From the sequence record NC_061441.1: a DNA stretch of 64,000 bases, one strand, 5' to 3'. Under the pieces are notes generated by a model. It was not told where the DNA came from. It made no database searches and saw only the letters and a list, made by a program, of their open reading frames with translations. Position numbers and translations under genes: made by a program. Shown here one piece after another: positions 27,658-36,332 of this stretch. The first letter of the stretch is position 1. Every line of letters begins with the position of its first letter.

Positions 27658-28547
27658 TGCGTTTACTTAGTTATGGTGCCTGTGGCGGTGAACCCTTTCG
27701 CCGTCTGATTGTAGAAGACAACGGCCTGCTTGAAATCGGTGTGCATCCAGAAATCAAAGCATTCGGTTGCGTCTTCACAAACGTTAACGTTGGTCGTCGC
27801 ATTGATGGCACTGCTGAACTCGATCTGCCTGATGCGAAAGACTGGTCTATCGAAATGGCTGACTACTTCCTGTCGCCAGAGTACAAGCAGTGGGTAGGCG
27901 GTCATACACCACGTATCGAAACGATGCTGGATGCGCACGTCATCAAAGGCAAGCTGCCGATGCTGGTGCAGGACTTCGATGCGTTCTATGCTGACCTGCA
28001 ACAAAAGATCAACGCACTCAATCTGCCTGACATTGTGTTTGAACATAACAGGATTAAGCAGACGAACCTGAACCAACAGTTCGATGTGTGGATGCTGTAC
28101 AAGTACAACCTGATGCTTGACGGCAAGATCTCTGTTACTCGTTCGAATCTCGGCGAGCTGGTCTTCCAAGAAGACTTCATTTCGGCGAAAGGTACAACGT
28201 GGTGGCTGCGTGAGCACAACAAACAACTAATGGCGTTGGCGGCAAAGCACGACATGCTGGCGGCATTCATTACGTTCGGTACGTCCCATCGCAATGAGCG
28301 TGAGTTCTTCTACTCGTTTATCACGCACGAAGGTGATACGTCACATCGACCTGTTGATCCGGCGGAGTTCATGCACCTGTCTGTTCATGGTCAGTTCCCA
28401 GAGCTGGTCATCACCGACGAAGGTGAAGGGTATCGTTTGTCTGTGAACTACGGGCAATACTTCCCCAAAGCGTATCTCGATCTCCAGGCGGCGACCAACA
28501 TCACTATCGGCAGCAACTACGCGCTTAACCTCTTGCGCTTTATCTGA
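27657..28547 (+). CDS. hypothetical protein
   Basis: 296 aa TAATG-coupled ORF. Confidence 0.7.
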   Translation: MRLLSYGACGGEPFRRLIVEDNGLLEIGVHPEIKAFGCVFTNVNVGRRIDGTAELDLPDAKDWSIEMADYFLSPEYKQWVGGHTPRIETMLDAHVIKGKLPMLVQDFDAFYADLQQKINALNLPDIVFEHNRIKQTNLNQQFDVWMLYKYNLMLDGKISVTRSNLGELVFQEDFISAKGTTWWLREHNKQLMALAAKHDMLAAFITFGTSHRNEREFFYSFITHEGDTSHRPVDPAEFMHLSVHGQFPELVITDEGEGYRLSVNYGQYFPKAYLDLQAATNITIGSNYALNLLRFI

Positions 28548-28553
28548 CGGTGC

Positions 28554-28596
28554 CGAGTCTCCCTCAGTAATTTAACCTTCTACAAAGGGAGACTCG
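28554..28596 (+). promoter_or_regulatory. 11-bp inverted repeat sequestering the RBS of the 28599 gene, with TAATTTAACC in the loop
   Basis: CGAGTCTCCCT (28554-28564) and AGGGAGACTCG (28586-28596); ATG at 28599. Confidence 0.65.
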
Positions 28597-28598
28597 CC

Positions 28599-28934
28599 AT
28601 GCAATACGATAAGACGAAAGACTATCAGCCGTTCAAATACCTGGGTGCGCCTAAGCTGCCTAACGTGGGCTTCATCGCCAGCACTGTAACACTCGTCGAA
28701 AATGACGTGAACATCGGTGAAGACGAATGCGAGTTTGTATTTACGGTAGAGCAGATGAATTCGCTAGACCGAGGAACGATGACCTTCCGCGCGAAAGATG
28801 CAGGTGGAGGCATCAGTATTAAGAAATGCTCAGTCTCTGGATTGAAAATGGTAATTAAGCTGGAACGACGCGTAGTGCAGTTCGGCAAAGTTCAAGTCGA
28901 GTGGGCTACGACCAGCCGTAAATATCTTTATTAA
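28599..28934 (+). CDS. hypothetical beta-rich protein, possibly virion-associated
   Basis: AGGGAG RBS; late-type regulatory element upstream. Confidence 0.65.
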   Translation: MQYDKTKDYQPFKYLGAPKLPNVGFIASTVTLVENDVNIGEDECEFVFTVEQMNSLDRGTMTFRAKDAGGGISIKKCSVSGLKMVIKLERRVVQFGKVQVEWATTSRKYLY

Positions 28935-28975
28935 TCTGTAAAGACAGAGAAAGAGCAACCACAAGAGAAACGATA

Positions 28976-29674
28976 ATGGCAAAAATTGCTAAAACAAAGG
29001 AAGGGAAAAAGAAAAGCGCGATGAAGTTTGACTTGAAAACGCTCAAGACTTCACAACTGAAAGGCGCTGACTACAACCCTCGTTTCATTACAGACAGCCG
29101 CCTGAAAGCACTCGAAAGTTCTTTGGGTAGCTTCGGCGATCTGTCTGGCATCGTCTTCAACAACAGTGTCAAAAGCGGCGTATTGATCTCTGGTCACCAG
29201 CGTCTGAAATCCATCGACGGATGGAAGACTCGCATTGAGATTCAGAAAGCCGCCGACCAACACGGTACTGTAGCTCTGGGTTATATCCACGCTACGCACC
29301 CGAAGAAAGCCGAGAAGGTCATCAGCATCCCGTTGCGTATCGTTAACTGGACTGATAAGAAAGCTGAGTACGCTGCGAACATCGCGGCGAACGCCCACGG
29401 TGGTGAGTTCGATAACAAGAAACTCGCCAAGCTGGTGGAGAAGCTGGACTTGACCACCATCAAGCCTCAGTTGCTGGGTCTTGACCCACTTGAGATTCGC
29501 GGCCTTCAACAAAAGCTGAAAGGTCAGGCTGCGGTTGTAGCTCAAGAGCGTGTCGGTAAAACTACAGGCCAGATGAACGGTAGTAGCGGTGCGTTCAAAG
29601 AGTATGGTACGGACGAAGTAGGTGAGAGTCTGAACTGCACCTGCCCGCGCTGTGGATTTAAGTTCGAGGGATAA
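28976..29674 (+). CDS. ParB/sulfiredoxin-like N-terminal domain protein with C-terminal zinc ribbon
   Basis: LKGADYNPR, ISGHQRLK, ANAHGGEFD, CPRCG. Confidence 0.85.
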   Translation: MAKIAKTKEGKKKSAMKFDLKTLKTSQLKGADYNPRFITDSRLKALESSLGSFGDLSGIVFNNSVKSGVLISGHQRLKSIDGWKTRIEIQKAADQHGTVALGYIHATHPKKAEKVISIPLRIVNWTDKKAEYAANIAANAHGGEFDNKKLAKLVEKLDLTTIKPQLLGLDPLEIRGLQQKLKGQAAVVAQERVGKTTGQMNGSSGAFKEYGTDEVGESLNCTCPRCGFKFEG

Positions 29675-29675
29675 T

Positions 29676-31805
29676 ATGATCATCAAGCCGCCTACTATGA
29701 AGGAAATCAACAAGCTGGATAAACCCTGGCGTGGTATGAGTTTCTTCGCAGGTTGCGGTGGATCTTCTACCGGTCACAAGATGGCCGGTATCAACATCCT
29801 GTTGAGTAACGAGTTCGTGGATAGTGCCCGCGAGTCTTACGAAGCAAACCATCCGACTACTAAAGTGCTGCCGCATGATATTCGTCGTCTGGACCCAAGC
29901 AAGCTCATGCGTTATTGCGGCTTGGCGAAAGGCGAACTGGATTTACTTGACGGCAGTCCTCCGTGCTTCACCGAAGACACCATCATTCATACAGCAGACG
30001 GCATGAAGTTCATCTCGGACATGAATGTCGGCGATCAAGCAATGACCTCTGTTGGTCGTTACTTCCCTGTGTACGATACTATGGTTCGTCCGTACGTCGG
30101 CACGATGCACAAAATCGAAACTCTGCTGGGCGCAAACAACGCTACACCAGAGCATCCGTTCTTTGTCAGACGCAGCATTCCTACTGGCGGTTACACTGAC
30201 CCGTTCTGGTGTGATGCGAAAGACGTTCAGGAAGGTGATCTGTTAGGTAGCCCACGCACTACGCCTGACATGGGACTCGACGTGTATCAGTCGCAACTCG
30301 ATCAGCTGCCGAAGCAGATTGCAGAGTGGAGCACATTCCCTGAGTTCTGGTGGATGGTTGGACACTGGTGTGATCGCGGTTCGATTGAAACCGTGAGTGG
30401 TGTTGAAGTCGTTAGCTTTGAATCTCACTCAAGCCTCGAAAATGCAATGATTGAGCAGGCGTTTGACGCGCTGAAAATCAGCAGCCTGAACCGTATCGAC
30501 ACGATGACAGCACAACGCAAAACGTTCCGTATCGTTATGGACGCAGAGCTGGTGCAGTTCTTACGTCGATTCGTATCTCAGGGTAACAACAAGTTCTCTC
30601 GTCGTCTGCCTGCGATTGTCTTCCACCTGACAGTCGAGTTGAAGCAACAATTCATTCTCGGTTGTGCTGGTCATGACTATGTGACTGGTATGGGTACCGG
30701 CTTGGCGATCACCTCAGATAGCCGTCGCTTCCTGATTGAGTTGAACTACCTGTGCTGTTCTGCATTCAACAGACCGCTGTTCGATGGTCTGACTTGGGGC
30801 GACGTTTACTTCGGCAGCCCGATGACTCCGCGTGATCGTAACAGTGCTAAGCCTCTCATTGGCTTCCTGTTCCTGCAGGACGAGCACAACTTCTTCCACG
30901 AGTTCGATGACGCTGACCCGCATTTGTGGGTAGAAGTGATTGAGAACCTCGCGTATCAGGCAACCTGTGACGTGTATAACTTCTCCGTTGAGACGGACGA
31001 GACATACGTTGCAAACAGCATGGTCGTTCACAACTGCAAAGGCTTCTCTACTGCTGGTGTGAAGGAAGAAGGCTGGGGCAAGGAAGTTAAATACAGCGAC
31101 AACAAGTATCAGCAGGTAGATGACCTGTTCGATCAGTATTGTCGTATGCTGGAAGGCATGAAGCCGAAGGTGTTCACTGCGGAAAACGTGAGCGGCCTTG
31201 TGAAGGGCGCATCGAAAGGTTACTTCCTTGAAATCATGAAGGAGTTCGACCGAATCGGTTATTACGTCCGGGCACCGATGCTTAATGCCGCATGGCTGGG
31301 TGTGCCGCAATCGCGTGAGCGTATAATCTTCATGGGTGTACGCAAAGACGTTGCACACGCACTTGGTTACAAGACCGCTGCGACCGCTGTGCCGAATGTT
31401 GTTCCGTGTGACAGCATGGCGTTCCTTGCCGATGCTCTGCCGCACATCCTGCGCTACAAGTCCACGAAGAAAGATATCATCACCTATCTTCCTGCGATGA
31501 ACGGACCGATGCCTACGATTACTGCTGCCGATGCGATTGCATATGAGACTGCGCGTTTCTCGTCTGCGGGATTCGTCGAGGACAACAAAGGTCATCGCCG
31601 TAAACTGACTATCGACGAACTCAAAGTGATATCGGGTTTGCCCTCAGACTACAAACTGAAAGGCAAATTCGAAGAACAGTGGGAACGTCTTGGTCGTATC
31701 TGTGTGCCTGCAATGACACACGCTGCGGCTAAAGCGCTCATCGAACACGTCCTGATTCCTTACGCGAAGAAACGTAAGAAGAAGCCAGGCGATATCTTTA
31801 AGTAA
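29676..31805 (+). CDS. C5-cytosine DNA methyltransferase homolog, predicted carboxymethyltransferase (CmoX-like), intein-containing; about 352 aa after splicing
   Basis: Motif I FFAGCGG, IV GSPP-C-KGFS after splicing, VI ENVSG, VIII QSRER; motif X reads LGRICVP instead of GN(A/S)V. Confidence 0.88.
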   Translation: MIIKPPTMKEINKLDKPWRGMSFFAGCGGSSTGHKMAGINILLSNEFVDSARESYEANHPTTKVLPHDIRRLDPSKLMRYCGLAKGELDLLDGSPPCFTEDTIIHTADGMKFISDMNVGDQAMTSVGRYFPVYDTMVRPYVGTMHKIETLLGANNATPEHPFFVRRSIPTGGYTDPFWCDAKDVQEGDLLGSPRTTPDMGLDVYQSQLDQLPKQIAEWSTFPEFWWMVGHWCDRGSIETVSGVEVVSFESHSSLENAMIEQAFDALKISSLNRIDTMTAQRKTFRIVMDAELVQFLRRFVSQGNNKFSRRLPAIVFHLTVELKQQFILGCAGHDYVTGMGTGLAITSDSRRFLIELNYLCCSAFNRPLFDGLTWGDVYFGSPMTPRDRNSAKPLIGFLFLQDEHNFFHEFDDADPHLWVEVIENLAYQATCDVYNFSVETDETYVANSMVVHNCKGFSTAGVKEEGWGKEVKYSDNKYQQVDDLFDQYCRMLEGMKPKVFTAENVSGLVKGASKGYFLEIMKEFDRIGYYVRAPMLNAAWLGVPQSRERIIFMGVRKDVAHALGYKTAATAVPNVVPCDSMAFLADALPHILRYKSTKKDIITYLPAMNGPMPTITAADAIAYETARFSSAGFVEDNKGHRRKLTIDELKVISGLPSDYKLKGKFEEQWERLGRICVPAMTHAAAKALIEHVLIPYAKKRKKKPGDIFK
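29964..31034 (+). mobile_element. intein (357 aa) with degenerate LAGLIDADG region, inserted directly before the catalytic Cys
   Basis: Starts C-FTEDT, block B ATPEHPF, block F VYNFSVETDETYVAN, ends VHN followed by +1 Cys. Confidence 0.92.
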
Positions 31806-31813
31806 GGGCATAT

Positions 31814-31918
31814 ATGTTCTACGCAGGGCTGGGAATAGGTATCGTGATTGGTGTTGTCCTCACGATATTCTGTCTGTGGTTTTTCTTCTTTAAGGACTTC
31901 GAGGTGTTCAAGCCTTGA
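31814..31918 (+). CDS. small membrane protein (34 aa)
   Basis: Hand-translated MFYAGLGIGIVIGVVLTIFCLWFFFFKDFEVFKP. Confidence 0.45.
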   Translation: MFYAGLGIGIVIGVVLTIFCLWFFFFKDFEVFKP

Positions 31919-31951
31919 CACAATAGGACAAGGACGTCCAGGAGATTTAAA

Positions 31952-32515
31952 ATGTCCTACAGTTTAGTTCGTTCGATGATGATTGCGCATGTGCAAGAAG
32001 GTCAGCTTGTTTGCTCTAAGTATAAGGTCAAACTCGGTGGTAAAGACGCCACAACGCTGTTCAACTTCATGCACCGCATCTTTTTTGAATACAATGGGCG
32101 CATCCTACTTGAAGACGAGCAGGGCCGTGACCTGATGCCTACGCTTAACTACCGCAAGATGGCCAAAGTGCTGGAAGGTAACGGCAGCGTGTTCTCTCGA
32201 ATTGTTCAGCTTGCGACGCAGCATGGCGTTAACTGCCGACTGGTGAACTGTTTCAAAGACACAACTGACGTGGCCTCTGTGTTCTATTTGACGCAGCCCT
32301 CAGCCGTCGCCTGTCAGGTTCTTGAGACAGACAAAGAAGACCTCTTCGGTAAAACGTTGTTTGTTGGCGCGGACTCAGACGTTGATTACGTGGGTCGCAA
32401 TGTCGTGCCTGTTGTGTGCGGTGATAACTTTGACGTCGATGATAAAGTTCTCGGCGTTAACATGTTCTCGTTGTATGATGACAGCAACAAGCTGATGGTT
32501 CTGGTCGGTAAATAA
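31952..32515 (+). CDS. hypothetical protein
   Basis: AGGAG RBS. Confidence 0.7.
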   Translation: MSYSLVRSMMIAHVQEGQLVCSKYKVKLGGKDATTLFNFMHRIFFEYNGRILLEDEQGRDLMPTLNYRKMAKVLEGNGSVFSRIVQLATQHGVNCRLVNCFKDTTDVASVFYLTQPSAVACQVLETDKEDLFGKTLFVGADSDVDYVGRNVVPVVCGDNFDVDDKVLGVNMFSLYDDSNKLMVLVGK

Positions 32516-32680
32516 AATGGTACGCTACCCGATAATCTTCTTCGCTACATGGATTCTGGTAGCGTACTCGTTATCGACAGTGGATGTTTCTGTGGAGTGG
32601 TGTGAAAAGATAGGCATGGTATGTGCTGCGCTAGTCACCCACTTTGAAATGAAATGGCAGCGCTTTATCAAGGAGCAACA

Positions 32681-33091
32681 ATGAGTAAGCGCCAAGAAGC
32701 AATTGCTATACTGAAAGAGTTCTTCTTTGACTTCCAACGAGGTTTCGTTCGCTTCGACTACAAAGAAGGTCTGTCTTCGTTTCAATTTCACGTTGATGAA
32801 ATCCGTGAAGTCCAGATTCACACAGGCGAAGGTATCAATAAAGCCAATGGCGATATCATCCTGGTGTCTCGCGTAAACATTGATCTCATTGGTGGCGGCT
32901 CTGCGCATTCGTGCCCATTGCACCCTGAGAGAGGCCTGGAAAATTTAAAGCGTCTTGCATCGGCCTTGCTTCTGCTGCGAGACTCTGCCTGCGGTCTCCC
33001 ATACGCTAACTATGCGGTGAAGGCTGTAGAGACAAAGTTCTATCTCAATCCGCCTACAGTAAACTGGCCGGTTGAATCTCCAGCCGAGTAA
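32681..33091 (+). CDS. hypothetical protein
   Basis: AAGGAG RBS before ATG 32681. Confidence 0.65.
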   Translation: MSKRQEAIAILKEFFFDFQRGFVRFDYKEGLSSFQFHVDEIREVQIHTGEGINKANGDIILVSRVNIDLIGGGSAHSCPLHPERGLENLKRLASALLLLRDSACGLPYANYAVKAVETKFYLNPPTVNWPVESPAE

Positions 33092-33149
33092 TCGGCATTC
33101 GGTGTGCAGCACAAACGTGATTGCACCCTCTACCTAAAAGGTATGTACT

Positions 33150-33887
33150 ATGACTAAGCAACACACTTCCTACAGCTCTGCATTCGCTATCGGTGAAATG
33201 GCTCTGCTGTCTCTCGATAACTTTGGGCAAAACAAAGTACCTTACGGTGTAGTCGAAGGCTGCATGGCTTACGGTGAACAGCGTCTGTACCGCGTATCGT
33301 TGTTTGTGAACGATGGTCCTGAATCGAATCCGTCTGCGTTCCTTCATCAAGGTCGTCCTGTCGATGGCTTCATTGCATCGGATCTGAAAGCGGTCAAAGA
33401 GCAGTACGTTGATCATATTGGTCACGTTGGTCGCTTCGAACAGCCTCATCACAAACTCGGTGATTCGCTGTTTATGTCCGGCCAGCTGGTGGAAGTTGAT
33501 ATCGACCTCGAACTTCCTGGCGAGTACGACAAGTTCAACATTCCTGTGCAGATCACTGGCGTCACCTATGTTGAAGGTAAAGTGCTGTACGAAGTGAGCA
33601 TCCAACGTTCCTACTATAATGACGGTCGTGTTAACGGTGGTCGTCTGGTGCGTGATACGTTGAGCAATATCGACAGCATCTACATCAAGCCTATTGCTGG
33701 TTGGCCTAAGACCTGCCTCGAACAAGAAGGCGATGCAACGTTAATCATCAAAGGTAACGGCACGGTGACTATTGATGGCGCGGCCGATGTGGTAATCACT
33801 GCGAATAGCATCTCACTCGAACCTGTAGTATCAGGCAGAACGTCTGGGCTTGTAGAGAACCAGAGCAACGTCCCGCGTTCTAAGTAA
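33150..33887 (+). CDS. hypothetical protein
   Basis: 245 aa ORF followed by a terminator. Confidence 0.7.
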   Translation: MTKQHTSYSSAFAIGEMALLSLDNFGQNKVPYGVVEGCMAYGEQRLYRVSLFVNDGPESNPSAFLHQGRPVDGFIASDLKAVKEQYVDHIGHVGRFEQPHHKLGDSLFMSGQLVEVDIDLELPGEYDKFNIPVQITGVTYVEGKVLYEVSIQRSYYNDGRVNGGRLVRDTLSNIDSIYIKPIAGWPKTCLEQEGDATLIIKGNGTVTIDGAADVVITANSISLEPVVSGRTSGLVENQSNVPRSK

Positions 33888-33893
33888 GACCTT

Positions 33894-33920
33894 ATGGGTG
33901 GCTTCGGTCACCCATTTTTG
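33894..33920 (+). terminator. rho-independent terminator
   Basis: ATGGGTGGC-TTCG-GTCACCCAT then TTTTG. Confidence 0.8.
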
Positions 33921-33930
33921 TATCTGGAAT

Positions 33931-33939
33931 CTGTAAATA
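33931..33939 (+). promoter_or_regulatory. CTGTAAATA candidate promoter motif
   Basis: Intergenic, right after a terminator and before an AGGAGG RBS. Confidence 0.6.
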
Positions 33940-33956
33940 TATGTCAGGAGGATAGC

Positions 33957-34292
33957 ATGAAAGAGAAAGTAGAAGAATTGAGGCAGTATGTGCTCAAGCG
34001 TGTCAATGAGAACGCACAGCCTGAATTGGGTGTTGATGAAGAGGCCATTCGTAGTCACGCCCGTGACGTGGTTGAAGGTATCATGAAGTCATTGAAAGAG
34101 ACTTCTTCTGGCATTCGCGTTGTATGTGACGAATCAAACAATCCTAAGTACAACATCGACAACAATATCCTTACTCTGGACTTGTTGATCTCAGACCCAC
34201 ATGTAATCAAAATAATCTTTGAAGGAAACGACAATGCTAAAACGTCTGTTGGCTTTATTCAGCAAGAAGCAATCGTCCCAAAAGACGTTTGA
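33957..34292 (+). CDS. hypothetical protein
   Basis: AGGAGG RBS. Confidence 0.65.
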   Translation: MKEKVEELRQYVLKRVNENAQPELGVDEEAIRSHARDVVEGIMKSLKETSSGIRVVCDESNNPKYNIDNNILTLDLLISDPHVIKIIFEGNDNAKTSVGFIQQEAIVPKDV

Positions 34293-34713
34293 AGAAAAGC
34301 TGGAACAACTGAGTGACTACGATCGGACAGCGCGTGTTGATCGTCAAGGCAATACCCACTTCGCTAAAGATGAACGTGCTGTGCGTATGCACCGAGCGCT
34401 GCATCCTGGGCATCAACCGCGTCCTGACCGCAGGCCACCTGTGACTCAAAGCCGCCACCAGTTTGAAGCGCCTGCCCGTCGCGGCATGACTATCAACCAA
34501 GCGTCAGAACAGCGTATGCGCAACGATGATGCGTTTCTGCATGGTATGATGGCGCAGTCTATGATTAACAACTCAACGCCATCTCGTCTGCATGATGTTG
34601 ATACGTGTCACACTCCGCACCATACCCCATATCATACGCCGAGCGGTGGGTACGACACAACTCCGTCTGATGGTGGCGGCTCCTACGACGGCGGCGGAGG
34701 TTCCTGTGATTAA
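34234..34713 (+). CDS. hypothetical protein with Gly/Ser/Asp-rich C-tail
   Basis: Ends SGGYDTTPSDGGGSYDGGGGSCD. Confidence 0.6.
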   Translation: MLKRLLALFSKKQSSQKTFEEKLEQLSDYDRTARVDRQGNTHFAKDERAVRMHRALHPGHQPRPDRRPPVTQSRHQFEAPARRGMTINQASEQRMRNDDAFLHGMMAQSMINNSTPSRLHDVDTCHTPHHTPYHTPSGGYDTTPSDGGGSYDGGGGSCD

Positions 34714-35044
34714 ACGTTTAATGAACTGGATAGGCTTGATGCTTATCTCGGACAAGAACAAGCGTAAGCTCCGTCAACACGAAGCGATGCTGCGCGCCTG
34801 TACCGATGTGTATGATTGGTGTGGTGCTGACTTCCCTCAAGCCGCCGAAGCTGTCGAGTATGTGCGTACTCGCGCACTTGGCTATGAAGGCCGCTTGAAC
34901 TACAACAACAATATCATGAGTCCCTACGATTGCCATTCAGGGATTAGTGATTGGCGTGAAGCGATGCGTCGTAAGTACAAGAACCTGCCTGAGCTTGACT
35001 TCGACGGCAAGGACTTCAAAGTTAAGAGCGTCATTGTTGATTAA
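34706..35044 (+). CDS. hypothetical protein
   Basis: GGAGG RBS, GTG start. Confidence 0.6.
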   Translation: MIKRLMNWIGLMLISDKNKRKLRQHEAMLRACTDVYDWCGADFPQAAEAVEYVRTRALGYEGRLNYNNNIMSPYDCHSGISDWREAMRRKYKNLPELDFDGKDFKVKSVIVD

Positions 35045-35053
35045 GGAAACAGT

Positions 35054-35239
35054 ATGAGCAAAGAGGGTGATCGCGAGAAACTTCAGGAGTTCCGCGACGA
35101 GTTAGAACAGGATTGCGATCAGCAAGAGGAAGAAGACTTCGACTTCTCTGATAACGATCCTCTGCTGGACGCTTGCTGCGCTGCACCGCATTGGGATGAA
35201 GACGGAGTGTGTACGCACTGCGGTTCCGACCCACGTTAA
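35054..35239 (+). CDS. small acidic protein with Cys cluster
   Basis: CC...CTHC. Confidence 0.55.
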   Translation: MSKEGDREKLQEFRDELEQDCDQQEEEDFDFSDNDPLLDACCAAPHWDEDGVCTHCGSDPR

Positions 35240-35266
35240 CCCACAAACCATATACCGAGAATAAGC

Positions 35267-35734
35267 ATGGAAAAGAATACCGACGAGAAGATTGTTGTGC
35301 TAGACAAGGATGTGTTTGGCCGTCTGTTAAGTTATGCAGAGGTCGGGGAACGTGATTGCGGTGAGAACTTCTTCGGCCAGTCTATCAAGGATATTAAAAA
35401 GCATGTAGCTCGCTTCAATATCCACCAGCGCACGGCTATGGCATCTGACCTGCGTGACGCGAAGCTCTACAAAGCAGCGCGTCGTCGATTCGTGAAGAAG
35501 GCCGCGCGTTTAAGTTCGCAGCGTGATACCGTACGCTACATGGTTGACCATCAGCACAAGGTCATCTACCCAGTGAAGATCATCGGCAAGTCAGCCATAG
35601 GACCACATCGTTTGAAGTACGAAAGCCTGTGTGATGGTTGGACGAGTGACGCAGTGGTAGACTACATCTTCGAGACACGCGAAGAACTGCCTGCTGATTA
35701 CCGTGTTGTTGAAGTAGGAGAACGCATTGAATGA
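35267..35734 (+). CDS. hypothetical protein
   Basis: ORF in operon. Confidence 0.65.
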   Translation: MEKNTDEKIVVLDKDVFGRLLSYAEVGERDCGENFFGQSIKDIKKHVARFNIHQRTAMASDLRDAKLYKAARRRFVKKAARLSSQRDTVRYMVDHQHKVIYPVKIIGKSAIGPHRLKYESLCDGWTSDAVVDYIFETREELPADYRVVEVGERIE

Positions 35735-35928
35735 AACCGCATGAGATTATATTCGTCACCAGCACATTCGCCTGCATTCTGACGTGGTGTTTATATCAGA
35801 ACGATCTGTGGTGTGAGCGCAACATCATGTCTCACCAGCGTTCTAACAAAATACGTTGGTCATTCACTATCAGCGCCTCTGTATTCTTTGTCAGTCTTTG
35901 CTATAACGCCTATCTGGAGTGGTATTGA
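35731..35928 (+). CDS. small membrane protein
   Basis: Two hydrophobic segments. Confidence 0.55.
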   Translation: MKPHEIIFVTSTFACILTWCLYQNDLWCERNIMSHQRSNKIRWSFTISASVFFVSLCYNAYLEWY

Positions 35929-36332
35929 TGAAAGCACTCTCTATCCGCCAACCGTGGGCGTGGCTGATCGTTCAAGGCCACAAGAAGATTGAGAACCGCA
36001 CGTGGGACACGAAGAAGCGCGGACGTTTTCTCGTTCACGCCTCATCTAAGCGTCCGTCTGATCACGACATGCAGGTAGCGAAAGAAATCTGCGACGGTCT
36101 GAATATCACGCTGCCTGAAAAGCATGAGTTCGTGCTTGGCTCTATCGTAGGCTACGCTACTGTCTGCGGTACTGTCACGCAGTCCGATGATCCATTTTTC
36201 TTCGGGCCTGTAGGCATTCAGTTGAAAGACTGTCGTGCTGTCGAACCAATTCGCTTCAAAGGTGCTCTCAGTTTCTTCAACACACCGTACTGTGTCGTAG
36301 GCGGTAAGGTAGTTCAGTCACCACGATGCTAA
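35928..36332 (+). CDS. ASCH domain protein
   Basis: MKALSIRQPWAWLIV.G.K.IENRTW...LVHAS signature. Confidence 0.9.
   Translation: MKALSIRQPWAWLIVQGHKKIENRTWDTKKRGRFLVHASSKRPSDHDMQVAKEICDGLNITLPEKHEFVLGSIVGYATVCGTVTQSDDPFFFGPVGIQLKDCRAVEPIRFKGALSFFNTPYCVVGGKVVQSPRC

Noticed and set aside
29652-29675. ORF-track GTG start of the MTase; likewise extended starts at 14821, 25805, 48204, 50901, 53923 and 60518
   Set aside because: They overlap upstream genes; downstream ATGs with better RBS or translational coupling were used
30714-31595. Long - strand ORFs opposite + strand genes (also 12189-13148, 25934-26800, 14082-14759 and similar)
   Set aside because: They lie opposite genes with clear family motifs and carry no recognisable features
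34592-34713. PHHTPYHTP / GGGSYDGGGG low-complexity stretch as a nucleotide repeat element
   Set aside because: Short imperfect coding repeats within a common Gly/Ser-rich protein tail
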